Assembly: GCA_034430555.1 (NCBI GenBank)
Contig: DAOUEM010000495.1
Location: 12,148-76,147 of the forward strand
Reading direction: 5' to 3'
Length of the DNA stretch: 64,000 bases
Source of the DNA: Anaerolineae bacterium
GTDB lineage: Bacteria > Chloroflexota > Anaerolineae > Aggregatilineales > Ch27
Part shown: positions 18,838-29,930 of the stretch, one piece after another
Layout: the number at the start of each line of letters is the position of its first letter
How positions within the stretch are numbered: the first letter of the stretch is position 1
Position numbers and translations under genes: made by a program
The notes under the pieces: model-generated
Database searches by the model: none
The model's input: only the letters and a program-made list of their open reading frames with translations
What the model was told of the DNA's origin: nothing

Positions 18838-19687
18838 GGCGCGTCAGGACCTCGTTGCCGCTGCCGCTGCGGAAGCCCTGTAAATCCAGCGTCACGTAGA
18901 CGTACCCGGCGGCCTTGAGGTCGGCCACGATCTGATCGCGCCGGGCGACCACGGCGGGGATGTCCTCGGCGGTCACTTCGATGCGGGCGATGTTGTCGTG
19001 GTGGCGGACGCGCAGCTGCCCCAATCCGAGGGCGCGCAGGGCGTCCTCCGCCCGGTCGATCTGGGCCAGCACCGCCGGCGTGATGGTCTCGCCGTAAGCC
19101 ACCCGGCTGGAGAGACAGGCCATGGCCGGCTTGTTCCAGTTGCTGAGGCCCAGGTGACGGGCCAGCCCCCGGATATCGGCCTTGGTGAAGCCGGCTTCGT
19201 GCAGGGGACTGCGCACACCGCGCTCGCGCCCGGCCTGCCGCCCCGGACGGTGATCGCCCACGTCGTCGGCATTAAAGCCGTCCAGAATGGCGGCGTAATT
19301 TCCCTCCGCGGCCAGCGGAAACAGCTCCTCGTACAGGTGCTCTTTGCAGAAGTAACAGCGGTCCGCCGGGTTGGCGGCGTAGCGCGGATCGTGCACCTCG
19401 TCGGTGTGAACCAGCCGGTAAGGCGCGCCGATGGCCTCCAGCAGGGCGATGGCCTCCGGCTGCTCGGCGGCGCTGTAGCTCTCGCTGATGGCCATCACCG
19501 CCAGCATGTCTGCGCCCAGCACGTCGGAGGCGACCCGGGCCACCAGGGCGCTGTCCACCCCGCCGGAATAAGCCACGATCACGCGGCCCATGTCCCGCAG
19601 CAGGCTTTGCAGCCGCGCGTATTTAGCCGCCAGCGCCGGGGATAACACCTCGGCGGAAACGTCGATGTTTTCCAGTGAAATTACCAC
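18830..19687 (-). CDS. larE: ATP-dependent sacrificial sulfur transferase LarE
   Basis: PP-loop AYSGGVDSALVA. The conserved cysteine context MACLSSRV is present. Confidence 0.85.
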   Translation of the reverse strand: MVISLENIDVSAEVLSPALAAKYARLQSLLRDMGRVIVAYSGGVDSALVARVASDVLGADMLAVMAISESYSAAEQPEAIALLEAIGAPYRLVHTDEVHDPRYAANPADRCYFCKEHLYEELFPLAAEGNYAAILDGFNADDVGDHRPGRQAGRERGVRSPLHEAGFTKADIRGLARHLGLSNWNKPAMACLSSRVAYGETITPAVLAQIDRAEDALRALGLGQLRVRHHDNIARIEVTAEDIPAVVARRDQIVADLKAAGYVYVTLDLQGFRSGSGNEVLTRHD

Positions 19688-19728
19688 GCGGACTTCTCCC
19701 AGTAATCAGGCGTCGATGTAGGTCGTTG

Positions 19729-19752
19729 CCTATCGGCCCATGGGCCGATAGG
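19729..19752. promoter_or_regulatory. Perfect 24-bp palindrome CCTATCGGCCCA|TGGGCCGATAGG upstream of larE
   Basis: Self-complementary over all 24 nt. Centre lies about 53 bp upstream of the larE start. It also sits 3' of the GH1 gene, so it could be a terminator hairpin. Confidence 0.35.
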
Positions 19753-19882
19753 TTGGGGATTATAGCCGCTTTTGGGGTGATGCTCAAAAGCAGGGCCGAT
19801 CCGGCAGTGGCAGGGGAAACCCGGATCGGGCAGGGGCGTATGCGGGCGACGATACACCCCTGCGGTTGAGGCGCGAGGCGTG

Positions 19883-21277
<1,395 letters not shown>

Positions 21278-22417
21278 TCAGGTCGTGTGTGCCAGCCGGC
21301 CCATCGGCTTGAGGTTGATCCCCTGCCCCCAGACCTCGCGCACTTGCTCCAGGTAAAACCAGTAATTGTTTAGGGGCACGTCCGGCGGCACGCGGTGATC
21401 GCAAAAGCCGATGTATCCACCCTCCTCCACCAGCGGCAGCAGGCGATACACTTCCGCCTCGATCGTCTCCTTAGAACCGGCCAGGATTCTTTTACCGATG
21501 CCGCCCATCAGCAGCAGGTCCCGCCCGTATTCCCGGCGGAAGGCGAGCGGGTCCGCGCCCCAGGTGCCGACTTCCAGCGGGAACATGCAGTTGATCCCGG
21601 CCTCCAGCCACAGCGGCACCAGGTCGTCGATCTTGCCGTCGCAGTCCACCCAGATCACGTCCACGCCGTAGCCGCGCACCAGGTCGCTGATGCGGCGGTA
21701 ATGCGGCACCAGGTACTGCCGAAAGTGCTGAGGGCTGATCAGCGGGCCGGCTTTGTAGGCCATGTCCTCCCACATGCCGCAGGCATCGAAGCGCCCGCCG
21801 GTGTCCAGCAGGCGCGTCAGCGTGCCGATGATGCAGTCGGCCACGGTGGTCACCATCTCTTCGAAGAGGGCAGGGTCGTCGTAGATCAGCAGGGAGATGT
21901 TTTCCATGCCCATCCAGTCACGCAGCTTGCCGTAAAGGCTGCCCCCCGGCAGGATGACCGGCGCTTCGCGGTCGGCGTCCCGCCAGTACGGGACGCGCGT
22001 CTCCCAGTCCGCCGGGTAGCGGTCGGGATGATCCGGGTCCAGGCGGGGCTTGTAATGCTGCTCCCAGCTGGCCCGGTCGGTCAGCAGGTGGCCCAGGTGC
22101 ATCGGGATGGAGCCCATGAACTTCTTGCGCAGCACGCGCACGCCATCCGCCTGCTGCACGACCTCGTGATCGCCGCGATCCTCGAGGACGGTTTCCTCAA
22201 ACTGGGGCGCGAGGTCGACCAGTACGCCGGTGCCGCAGCCGTTCAACAGCCGGTCCATGCCGAAAAAATCGTCGCCGTTCTGGCGGTTGACGTGAGCAGG
22301 CAGGCCCTGTCCGTGCCAGGTGGGCAGCGTTTCATCCCAGAAGCTAAAGTCGCAGATCGGCGCGCGATCACGCGGCTGGTAACACATCGTGGCCAGGAAG
22401 CGCTGGCGGTCGTTCAT
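21278..22417 (-). CDS. Uroporphyrinogen-decarboxylase (URO-D) family protein of unknown substrate
   Basis: 379 aa. Overall resemblance to the URO-D-like proteins often found in sugar loci. No diagnostic motif claimed. Confidence 0.7.
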   Translation of the reverse strand: MNDRQRFLATMCYQPRDRAPICDFSFWDETLPTWHGQGLPAHVNRQNGDDFFGMDRLLNGCGTGVLVDLAPQFEETVLEDRGDHEVVQQADGVRVLRKKFMGSIPMHLGHLLTDRASWEQHYKPRLDPDHPDRYPADWETRVPYWRDADREAPVILPGGSLYGKLRDWMGMENISLLIYDDPALFEEMVTTVADCIIGTLTRLLDTGGRFDACGMWEDMAYKAGPLISPQHFRQYLVPHYRRISDLVRGYGVDVIWVDCDGKIDDLVPLWLEAGINCMFPLEVGTWGADPLAFRREYGRDLLLMGGIGKRILAGSKETIEAEVYRLLPLVEEGGYIGFCDHRVPPDVPLNNYWFYLEQVREVWGQGINLKPMGRLAHTT

Positions 22418-22885
22418 CAGGTCCCCCTTGAAACAATGACTCGTCTGTGACGCGTTTGATAGCCACTTATAATAGCAGGTTTACCCGGCCCGGCTATGAT
22501 GAAGGTCCCAATAACCGGGGAAGACGTGATCGTTCGCAGGCCAGCAGCGCGCCGACGGCCCGCCGACAATCACCCGGATAGGCCCGTGCCTTGCCGCCGG
22601 GCCGGGTTTGACGCCTATCATGGGAAGTGATGATATGTGACACTTTCACAACGTCGATTGGGTAATTACACTAAATCACATCAGGTTCCATCCACTTCAC
22701 CCGCGCCGGTGTTTTGTTTCAGCCTGACGGTGATAGCGGCGCGCGCCTGCTGAGGGGGGTCGGTTTTGTCGCCCGCAGCACAGAGGAGCCAGTTTATTGC
22801 CAAACAGACGCTCAGCTTTTGTCAGGGGCATCGTTGGGTCAGCCGCCCATCGGGTGCCCCCTGTCATTTGAGATAGAGGGAGCAT

Positions 22886-24691
22886 ATGTCGCATTCAGAA
22901 GTGATTACCCATGACGTGATCGTCGTCGGCGCGGGCCTGGCCGGGACCTGGACAGCGATGGTCGCCAGCCAGGAGGGCGTGACGGACATCGGCGTCCTCT
23001 CCAAAATCCACCCCCTGCGCTCGCACAGCGGCGCGGCCCAGGGGGGAATCGCCGCCAGTCTGAACAACGTGCGCCCGGTGGCGGACACCGGCTCGCGCGG
23101 CCCGCTGGAGCAGATTCCGCCGGGCGACGAGCTGGTCGATAGCTGGGAGCTGCACATGTTCGACACGATCAAGGGGTCGGACTGGCTGGGCGACCAGGAC
23201 GCCATCGAGATCATGGTCAAAGAGGCCATCGACATCGTCTACGAATACGAGCACATGGGCTGCGTCTTCAGCCGCACGCCGGACGGCCGCATCGCGCAGC
23301 GGCGCTTCGGCGGGCACAGCGCCCCCCGGGCCAACTTCGCCGCGGACTGGACCGGCCACGTCCTGCTGCACACGGCGCACGAACAAGCCAGCAAACACGG
23401 CGTCAAGTTTTACAGCGAATGGTACTGCATGGACCTCATCGTGGAGGACAACGTCTGTAAGGGCGTGGTCGCCATGGATGTGCTGACCGGCGAAATTCAC
23501 ACCATGCGGGCCAAAGCCGTGATGTTCGGCACGGGCGGATACGGCCGGGCCTGGGCGATCACCTCCAATGCCACCGCCAACACCGGCGACGGGGTGGCCA
23601 TCGCCTACCGGGCGGGCGTGCCCCTGATGGACATGGAATTCGTGCAGTTCCATCCGACCGGCCTGTACCGCCACGGCATCCTGATGAGCGAGGCCTGCCG
23701 GGGCGAAGGCGGCTACCTGACCAACAAAGCCGGCGAGCGCTTTATGAAAAACTACGCGCCGGACAAGATGGAGCTGGCCCCGCGCGACCTGGTCAGCCGC
23801 TCCGAGCAAACCGAGATCGACGAGGGGCGCGGCATCGGCGAGGACGGCCTGGGCATCTACCTGGACATGACCCACCTGGGCCGCGACAAGATCATGGAGC
23901 GCCTGCCCCAGGTGCGCGACATCGCCCTCAACTTCGCCGGGGTGGACATCATCGACGCGCCGGCTCCCATCCAGCCGACGGCCCATTACAGCATGGGCGG
24001 CATCCCGGCCACGGTGGACGGCCAGGTCATCGCCGACGCCGACGGCACGCCGGTCACCGGTTTTTACGCCGCCGGGGAATGCGCCTGCATCAGCGTGCAC
24101 GGGGCTAACCGCCTGGGCACCAACAGCCTGCTGGGGGCTTCGGTATTTGGCCGCCGGGCCGGCAAGGCGATTGCGGCCTTCGTCAAGGGCGGCGCGCCGC
24201 TCCAGCCCATCGAAGGCGACCCGGCTGCGGCCAGCCGCCAGCGCATCCAGCACCTGACCAGCGAACCGGCCAATGGCAAGGGCGAATCCTGGGTGCAGCT
24301 CGCGCGCGAGTTGAAGCAGACCATGACCGACAACGTGGGCATCTACCGCACAGAGGAAAAGCTCAAGATCGCCGTGGCGGACGTCAAAGCGCTGCAGGAG
24401 CGCTTCCAAAAGGCGCGCGTGATGGACACCAGCCGCCGCTTCAATACCGACGTGCTCGGCGCGCTGGAAACGGAGCACCTGCTCACCTTCAGCGAGGTGA
24501 TCGCGGTCAGCGCCCTGGCCCGCACGGAGAGCCGCGGCGCGCACTACCGCACGGATTTCCCCAAGCGCGACGACGAAGACTGGCTGCACCATACGATGGC
24601 CCATCAAAACGGCCAGGACGCGCCCGCGCTCAGCTACAAGGGCGTCACCATCGATTGGGACAAATACCCGCCGCAGGAGCGGAAATACTAA
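22886..24691 (+). CDS. sdhA: Succinate dehydrogenase/fumarate reductase flavoprotein subunit
   Basis: FAD motif [10 protein letters not shown], covalent-FAD His context [10 protein letters not shown], and HPTG and RGEGG blocks. GAGGGAG ribosome-binding site. Confidence 0.95.
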   Translation: MSHSEVITHDVIVVGAGLAGTWTAMVASQEGVTDIGVLSKIHPLRSHSGAAQGGIAASLNNVRPVADTGSRGPLEQIPPGDELVDSWELHMFDTIKGSDWLGDQDAIEIMVKEAIDIVYEYEHMGCVFSRTPDGRIAQRRFGGHSAPRANFAADWTGHVLLHTAHEQASKHGVKFYSEWYCMDLIVEDNVCKGVVAMDVLTGEIHTMRAKAVMFGTGGYGRAWAITSNATANTGDGVAIAYRAGVPLMDMEFVQFHPTGLYRHGILMSEACRGEGGYLTNKAGERFMKNYAPDKMELAPRDLVSRSEQTEIDEGRGIGEDGLGIYLDMTHLGRDKIMERLPQVRDIALNFAGVDIIDAPAPIQPTAHYSMGGIPATVDGQVIADADGTPVTGFYAAGECACISVHGANRLGTNSLLGASVFGRRAGKAIAAFVKGGAPLQPIEGDPAAASRQRIQHLTSEPANGKGESWVQLARELKQTMTDNVGIYRTEEKLKIAVADVKALQERFQKARVMDTSRRFNTDVLGALETEHLLTFSEVIAVSALARTESRGAHYRTDFPKRDDEDWLHHTMAHQNGQDAPALSYKGVTIDWDKYPPQERKY

Positions 24692-24818
24692 ATGGAGAAC
24701 CGGGGTTGCGTAGGGGCCAGGCGGTGCCTTGCCCAGGGCGATTCACCGAATCGCCCCTACATCGCGCCCCCTGGTCTCCATTCGTGGACTGCTGATTTCT
24801 ATTAGGAGAAAGCCAACC

Positions 24819-25595
24819 ATGGCCGAACAATCACGGGTGACGGTGCGCATCCAGCGCTATAACCCGGACAAGGACCGCAAGCCCTACCTGGAGGAATTTC
24901 CCCTGACGCTGACGCCGGGCACCACTATCCTCGATGCCCTGCACACGATCAAGGAAACCCAGGATGGCAGCGTGACCTTCCGCCGCTCCTGCCGCCACGC
25001 CATCTGCGGGAGCTGCGCCATGAACATCAACGGTAAAAACACGCTGGTGTGCGAGGCCCCGCTCAAGGAACACCTCGACCGGCAGGGACGCATCACCATC
25101 CGCCCGCTGCCCTACCTGCCGATCATCAAGGACCTGGTGGTGGATCGCACCAGCTTCTGGGAGCAGTACCAGCGCGTCAAGCCCTGGCTGATCCCGCCGG
25201 AGAACGTGCCGGACAAAGAATTCCGCATGAGCCAGGAAGAAGTAGCCGCGCTGCGCAACGCCGAGAAGTGCATCATGTGCGGGGCGTGTTACTCCGCCTG
25301 CCAGGTGATCGCGCTCAACAAACAGTACATCGGGCCGCACGCGCTGCTCAAGGCCTTCCTGCGCATCCTGGACCCGCGCGACAGCGCCCCCGCCGACCGG
25401 CTGGCAGACCTGATCGGCGGCGACGGCGTCTACCGCTGCCACACCATTTTCAACTGCATCGACGCCTGCCCGAAAGACCTCAACCCGACCGAGGCCATCG
25501 AGACGCTGCGCAAGCTGGCGCAAAAACGCCAGGCCTTCGAGGCCGCCCGCGCCGAGCGGCAGCGCACCCTCGACCAGCCCGTAGCGTCCAAATAA
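24819..25595 (+). CDS. sdhB: Succinate dehydrogenase iron-sulfur subunit
   Basis: Three Cys clusters: CRHAICGSC, CIMCGACYSAC and CHTIFNCIDACP. Start at ATG 24819 (MAEQSRV). Confidence 0.9.
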   Translation: MAEQSRVTVRIQRYNPDKDRKPYLEEFPLTLTPGTTILDALHTIKETQDGSVTFRRSCRHAICGSCAMNINGKNTLVCEAPLKEHLDRQGRITIRPLPYLPIIKDLVVDRTSFWEQYQRVKPWLIPPENVPDKEFRMSQEEVAALRNAEKCIMCGACYSACQVIALNKQYIGPHALLKAFLRILDPRDSAPADRLADLIGGDGVYRCHTIFNCIDACPKDLNPTEAIETLRKLAQKRQAFEAARAERQRTLDQPVASK

Positions 25596-25607
25596 AGGAG
25601 CCACCCT

Positions 25608-25955
25608 ATGTACAGGAGCACCGGTTTTATCAGCTTCTTTCTGCGCCGCTTGACCGGGGTGGCGCTGGTGCTTTACCTGGGCCTGCACATTTTCGCCATC
25701 GGCTCGGTCACCGGCGGCCCGGAAACGTTCAACGGCACTATGAACTTTTTGCAGTCGGACTTCTTTAAGCTGGCGGAGATCGCGCTGCTGGCGGCGGTCG
25801 TCTACCACGCCTTCGACGGCATCCGCCTGCTGATCGTGCACTACTTCGACGTGACGGAATACCGCAAGAGCATGTTTTACGCGGCCTTTGCCGTGTCGGT
25901 CATCCTGACCATCGCCGGCGGCGTTCCCATTTTGTTGTTCATGCTGGAAGGGTAG
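25608..25955 (+). CDS. sdhC: Succinate dehydrogenase membrane subunit (cytochrome b-like)
   Basis: 115 aa, three hydrophobic helices. AAGGAG ribosome-binding site. Position directly after sdhB. Confidence 0.7.
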   Translation: MYRSTGFISFFLRRLTGVALVLYLGLHIFAIGSVTGGPETFNGTMNFLQSDFFKLAEIALLAAVVYHAFDGIRLLIVHYFDVTEYRKSMFYAAFAVSVILTIAGGVPILLFMLEG

Positions 25956-25966
25956 GAGAGACAGCC

Positions 25967-26332
25967 ATGCGAATTTCCGGACTGCGTATTTTCCAGATGC
26001 AGCGTTTCAGCGCCATCGCGCTGCTGATCTTTCTGACCATCCACATGATCGTGGTGCATTATCCGCCTTTCCACATCGACTTCAGCCGCATCCTGGAGCG
26101 CCTGGAACAGCCGCTGTGGAAGGCCATCGACGTGGCGTTCCTGTTCTTCGTGCTGATGCACGCCCTGACCGGCGCTTACATGGTGCTGACGGACGTGGAG
26201 CGCTTCGACAGATACCGGCGGGCGATTGCCATCGTCGCCATCGTATTGGGGGTGGCGGCCTTCATCTACGGCACGCAGACGATCATCGCCTTCCAGATGA
26301 CGCCGGAGGCCGCGGCCAGCCTGGTGCCGTAG
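25967..26332 (+). CDS. sdhD: Succinate dehydrogenase membrane anchor subunit
   Basis: 121 aa, three hydrophobic helices. AGGAGAG ribosome-binding site. Position directly after sdhC. Confidence 0.65.
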   Translation: MRISGLRIFQMQRFSAIALLIFLTIHMIVVHYPPFHIDFSRILERLEQPLWKAIDVAFLFFVLMHALTGAYMVLTDVERFDRYRRAIAIVAIVLGVAAFIYGTQTIIAFQMTPEAAASLVP

Positions 26333-26360
26333 CGGCGCGCAGGGAAATGATCACGATGGA

Positions 26361-26393
26361 GCGATGCCGGCGGGCCGCTGAAACCCGCATCGC
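26361..26393. terminator. Imperfect hairpin between the convergent sdhD and SDR genes
   Basis: GCGATGC (26361-26367) pairs with GCATCGC (26387-26393). Candidate bidirectional terminator, no U-tract. Confidence 0.3.
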
Positions 26394-26411
26394 CCCACGT
26401 GTTAGCGTGAT

Positions 26412-27254
26412 TCAACTGCCGCCGGCGGGCCGGTTCGACTGGTAGGACGTGTCGCCGGTCACGTTGCGCTTGCGGAAGGGGGCCAGCAAGAAGCGGGCCA
26501 GCACCTTGCCGCGGTTCAGCCAGTGAATGTGCGCGCCGGTTTTGTCGTTGGCCAGCATCCGCTCCACCAGCCAGGGCGCGATGGTGTCCACCCGGTCCGC
26601 CAGGATATTGAAGATGCGCAAGGTACGTTCGCGATCAGCTCCATCGCCAGCGTTGTCGCCCATCAGCATGTCGGTGATGACCATGCCGGGGCGCAGCGTG
26701 CCGACCTGGACCGGCGTCCCTGCCGCGTCGGCCAGCAGCCCCTGGCTGAAGTACTGCACGGCGCGTTTGCTGGTCCCGTAGAGCGTCTGGCCTGCCCGGA
26801 CGGAGCCATTGCTGCCAAACCCTTCCATGTTGTAAATCTGGCCGTGGCCCTGCTTCAGCATGCCCTGGAAGGCTACCTTAGCGCCGTACAGCAGGCCAAC
26901 CACGTTGGTGCGGATCACGCTTTCGATGCGGGCCGCGTCTTCCTCCCAGAAGGGCGCCAGCGGGCTGGCCAGCCCGGCGTTGTTCACCCAGATGTCCACC
27001 ACCCCGAAGCGGTCGATGGCCGCCGCCCATAAAGCAACCACCTGGTCGTAGTCGCCGACGTCGCAGGGCTGCCCCAGCAGGTGATCGCCGCCGTGTTGGG
27101 CGGCCAGCGTTTCGACGGCGTGGTCGGTGCTGGCCTGGCTCCGCCCGCTGACGACGACGCGGCAGCCGCGCTTCAGGAATTCGTCCGCCAGCCCAAAGCC
27201 GATACCCCGCGTGCTGCCGGTAATGACGACAGTTTTCACAGTGTTTTCTCCCAC
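26412..27254 (-). CDS. Short-chain dehydrogenase/reductase (SDR)
   Basis: TGSTRGIG cofactor motif and YGTSK (YxxxK) catalytic motif. Confidence 0.85.
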   Translation of the reverse strand: MGENTVKTVVITGSTRGIGFGLADEFLKRGCRVVVSGRSQASTDHAVETLAAQHGGDHLLGQPCDVGDYDQVVALWAAAIDRFGVVDIWVNNAGLASPLAPFWEEDAARIESVIRTNVVGLLYGAKVAFQGMLKQGHGQIYNMEGFGSNGSVRAGQTLYGTSKRAVQYFSQGLLADAAGTPVQVGTLRPGMVITDMLMGDNAGDGADRERTLRIFNILADRVDTIAPWLVERMLANDKTGAHIHWLNRGKVLARFLLAPFRKRNVTGDTSYQSNRPAGGS

Positions 27255-27415
27255 GAATGATCATTGAGTGCCTCGATCATACCGCTTTTTGGGCAGGGCG
27301 GTCATCACAATTTTGCGCTCAATTGCGGCGATCCGGCGCACTGGCCTGCTGTTCATGGGCTGGTACAATCGGCATCTGCGTTGGGGGGCAGTGACCAACT
27401 GAAAGGACACCTGGC

Positions 27416-28426
27416 ATGAGCAACCCAAAAACGGCGCTGATCACGGGCATCACCGGGCAGGATGGCTCCTACCTGGCGGAACTGCTGCTGGAGAAAGGCT
27501 ACCGCGTGGTAGGGCTAGCCCGCCGCTCGACGCACTACCGCTCCCCCAACCTGGATCACCTGGTGGGGCGGGTCACGCTCGAATACGGCGACCTGATCGA
27601 CGGGGCCAACCTGGAGACCCTCGTCGCCGAGTACCAGCCGGACGAGATTTACAACCTGGCGGCGCAGTCCGTACCGGCGGATAGCTGGCGGCAGCCGATC
27701 GTCACCGGCGAGATCACGGCGCTGGGCACGCTGCGCATGTTGGAGGCGACTCGCAAACACGCCCCGCAGGCCCGCTTTTATCAGGCCTCCAGCCGCGAGA
27801 TTTACGGCGGGGTGCAGGACGAGGTCTGCGACGAAAACACGCCCTTCCTGGCGAACAACCCCTACGGCATCGCCAAGCTGTACGCCCACCTGATGACGAT
27901 CAACTACCGCCAGTCATACGGCCTGTATGCCTGCGGCGGCATCCTGTTTAACCACGAAAGCCCACGCCGCAGCCTGCACTTCGTGACGCGCAAAGTCACC
28001 ATGGCCGTGGCCTGCATCCACCTGGGCGTGGAGCGGCCCCCGGTCAACGAGGCGGGAGAGCCGCTGGTGCGTGCGGGCAAGGTGCACCTGGGCAATCTCG
28101 ACTCCGTGCGCGACTGGGGCTACGCCAGAGAATACGTCGAGGCCATGTGGCTCATGCTCCAGCAGGAGACGCCGGGGGACTACGTGATCGGCACCAACAC
28201 CGCCTACACCGTCCGCGACCTGTGCCAGGCCGCCTTCACGCACGTGGGGTTGGACTGGCACGACCATGTCGAAGTGGACCCGCGCTTTATGCGTCCTACC
28301 GAGATCGCGGCCTCACGCGGCGACTACGGCAGAGCAAAGGCCGATCTCGGCTGGGAGCCGCGCACCTCCTTCGAGGCATTGATCCGGCTGATGGTGGACG
28401 AAGATATCCGGCGGCTGTCCGGCTAA
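27416..28426 (+). CDS. gmd: GDP-mannose 4,6-dehydratase
   Basis: ALITGITGQDGSYLAELLLEKGY N-terminus. YGIAKLYAH (YxxxK) and ILFNHESPRR blocks characteristic of Gmd. Confidence 0.9.
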   Translation: MSNPKTALITGITGQDGSYLAELLLEKGYRVVGLARRSTHYRSPNLDHLVGRVTLEYGDLIDGANLETLVAEYQPDEIYNLAAQSVPADSWRQPIVTGEITALGTLRMLEATRKHAPQARFYQASSREIYGGVQDEVCDENTPFLANNPYGIAKLYAHLMTINYRQSYGLYACGGILFNHESPRRSLHFVTRKVTMAVACIHLGVERPPVNEAGEPLVRAGKVHLGNLDSVRDWGYAREYVEAMWLMLQQETPGDYVIGTNTAYTVRDLCQAAFTHVGLDWHDHVEVDPRFMRPTEIAASRGDYGRAKADLGWEPRTSFEALIRLMVDEDIRRLSG

Positions 28427-28582
28427 CCGGGTCCTGTAGAGGCACTCGCTGACCAGCATCGGACCTCTGCCCGTCCTGGGATGGAGGTCTTCCCCTGCCG
28501 GGTATACACATTCGACCATGGCGGCCCGCGCCGAAGGTGGTAGACTTGGCACGCGGTCTCACACAGTTGAAAGGCAGTCAGC

Positions 28583-29878
28583 ATGAAGGTCGCAGTCATC
28601 GGCGGGGGTTCGACCTACACACCGGAATTGATCAATGGCTTCCTAGCGCGGGTGGCGGATTTCCCCGTGACCGAATTGTGGCTGATGGATGTGCTGGAGG
28701 AGCGGCTGGAACTCGTCGGCGGTTTGGCCCGGCGCATGGTCGAGGCGGCCGGTGCGCCCTTCGCGGTTCACCTGACCACCGACCTGCGCGAGGCAGTGCG
28801 CGGGGCCAGCTACGTGACCACGCAGCTGCGCGTCGGCTGGATGCAGGCCCGCCGCGCCGACGAATACCTGGGCCGTCGGCACGGCCTGGTCGGGCAGGAG
28901 ACGACCGGCGTCGGCGGCATGGCTAAGGCGCTGCGCACCATTCCCGTGCTGCTGGAAGTAGCCGCCGCCATGCAGGAACTGGCCGAACCGGGCGCGCCCC
29001 TGGTCAACTTCACCAACCCCGCCGGGCTGGTCACGCAGGCCCTGGCCGATCACGCGCCGCAGGTGCCCGCGGTGGGCGTGTGCAACGCCCCCTTCAACGC
29101 CAAAATGAGCATCCTGGAACTGCTGAAGCGGCGAGAAGGGCTGGACATCGCGCCGGAACGGGCCGCGCTGGACACGCTGGGCCTCAACCACCTGACGTGG
29201 CACCGCGGCTTCACGGTGGACGGGGAAGACGTCTGGCCGACGGTGATGGCCGGCACCATCGCCGAGCAGCGCGAAAACCCCCATTTTATGTTCGACGTCC
29301 CGACCCTCGAAGCCCTGCAAATGATCCCCAACTACTACCTGGAATACTTCTACTACACGGCGCACAAGATCGCCGCCCAGGAAGCCTGGCCGCCCTCGCG
29401 CGCCGAACAGGTCATGGCCATCGAGGAGGAGCTGCTGGCCCAGTACGCGGAGCCGGATCGCACGCAGCCGCCGGCAGGCCTCATGAAGCGCGGCGGCGCG
29501 TATTATTCCACGGTCGCCACCCAGCTGCTCAACGCCCACTACAACGACCTGGGCGAGGTCCACGTGGCGAACGTGCGCCACGACGGCGCGGTCGCCGGCT
29601 GGCCCGCCGGCTGGGTGCTGGAAATGCCCTGCACGGTCGGGCGGGACGGCGTGCGGGCGCTCCCGGCGGACCCGCTGCCCCCGGCGGCCTTCGGGCTGGT
29701 GGCGCAGGTCAAACAGTACGAACTGCTGACGGTCGAGGCGGCGGTGCATGGCGACCGGAACGCCGCCTACCAGGCGCTGCTGGCCCACCCGCTCGGTCCG
29801 CCGGCGGACCAGATCGGGGCGGTGCTGGACGATATGCTGGACACCCACCGGGAATTCCTGCCGCGTTTTTTTGATTGA
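28583..29878 (+). CDS. GH4 family 6-phospho-beta-glucosidase-like glycosidase
   Basis: KVAVIGGGSTYTPEL NAD-binding N-terminus. NFTNPAG and CNAP blocks typical of GH4. Confidence 0.85.
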   Translation: MKVAVIGGGSTYTPELINGFLARVADFPVTELWLMDVLEERLELVGGLARRMVEAAGAPFAVHLTTDLREAVRGASYVTTQLRVGWMQARRADEYLGRRHGLVGQETTGVGGMAKALRTIPVLLEVAAAMQELAEPGAPLVNFTNPAGLVTQALADHAPQVPAVGVCNAPFNAKMSILELLKRREGLDIAPERAALDTLGLNHLTWHRGFTVDGEDVWPTVMAGTIAEQRENPHFMFDVPTLEALQMIPNYYLEYFYYTAHKIAAQEAWPPSRAEQVMAIEEELLAQYAEPDRTQPPAGLMKRGGAYYSTVATQLLNAHYNDLGEVHVANVRHDGAVAGWPAGWVLEMPCTVGRDGVRALPADPLPPAAFGLVAQVKQYELLTVEAAVHGDRNAAYQALLAHPLGPPADQIGAVLDDMLDTHREFLPRFFD

Positions 29879-29930
29879 TGATTCGTGCCGCAGGGGCGAG
29901 GCGAGGCCTCGTCCGGTTGAAGGACAAACC

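Noticed and set aside
19753-19882. Possible NiCo (czcD-type) nickel/cobalt riboswitch upstream of larE, prompted by GGCAGTGGCAGGGG and GGGCAGGGG strings.
   Set aside because: These strings are on the plus strand, while larE is transcribed on the minus strand. I cannot reconstruct the four-way junction consensus from memory. Left as generic hairpins only.
22418-22885. The 468-bp divergent intergenic region upstream of sdhA, screened for tRNA, a small RNA, a riboswitch or a small gene. The track ORFs 22697-22894 (-) and 22714-22914 (+) fall here.
   Set aside because: No cloverleaf-type or known riboswitch signature was recognised. The two approximately 65-aa ORFs overlap each other, lack ribosome-binding sites and look random. 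There are only weak promoter-like hexamers (TATAAT at 22468-22473, TTGACG near 22609).
22895-24607. Very long antisense or alternative-frame ORFs in the track. Examples: 22895-24607 (-) opposite sdhA, 54298-56493 (-), 59289-61637 (+) opposite the ARH gene, 29709-31787 (-), 28643-30070 (-), 963-2126 (-), 16516-17961 (-).
   Set aside because: Their translations are Arg/Gly/Ala/Pro/His-rich and low in complexity, with no family motifs. The opposite or other-frame ORFs carry clear catalytic signatures and ribosome-binding sites. Long stop-free antisense frames are expected in high-GC DNA.
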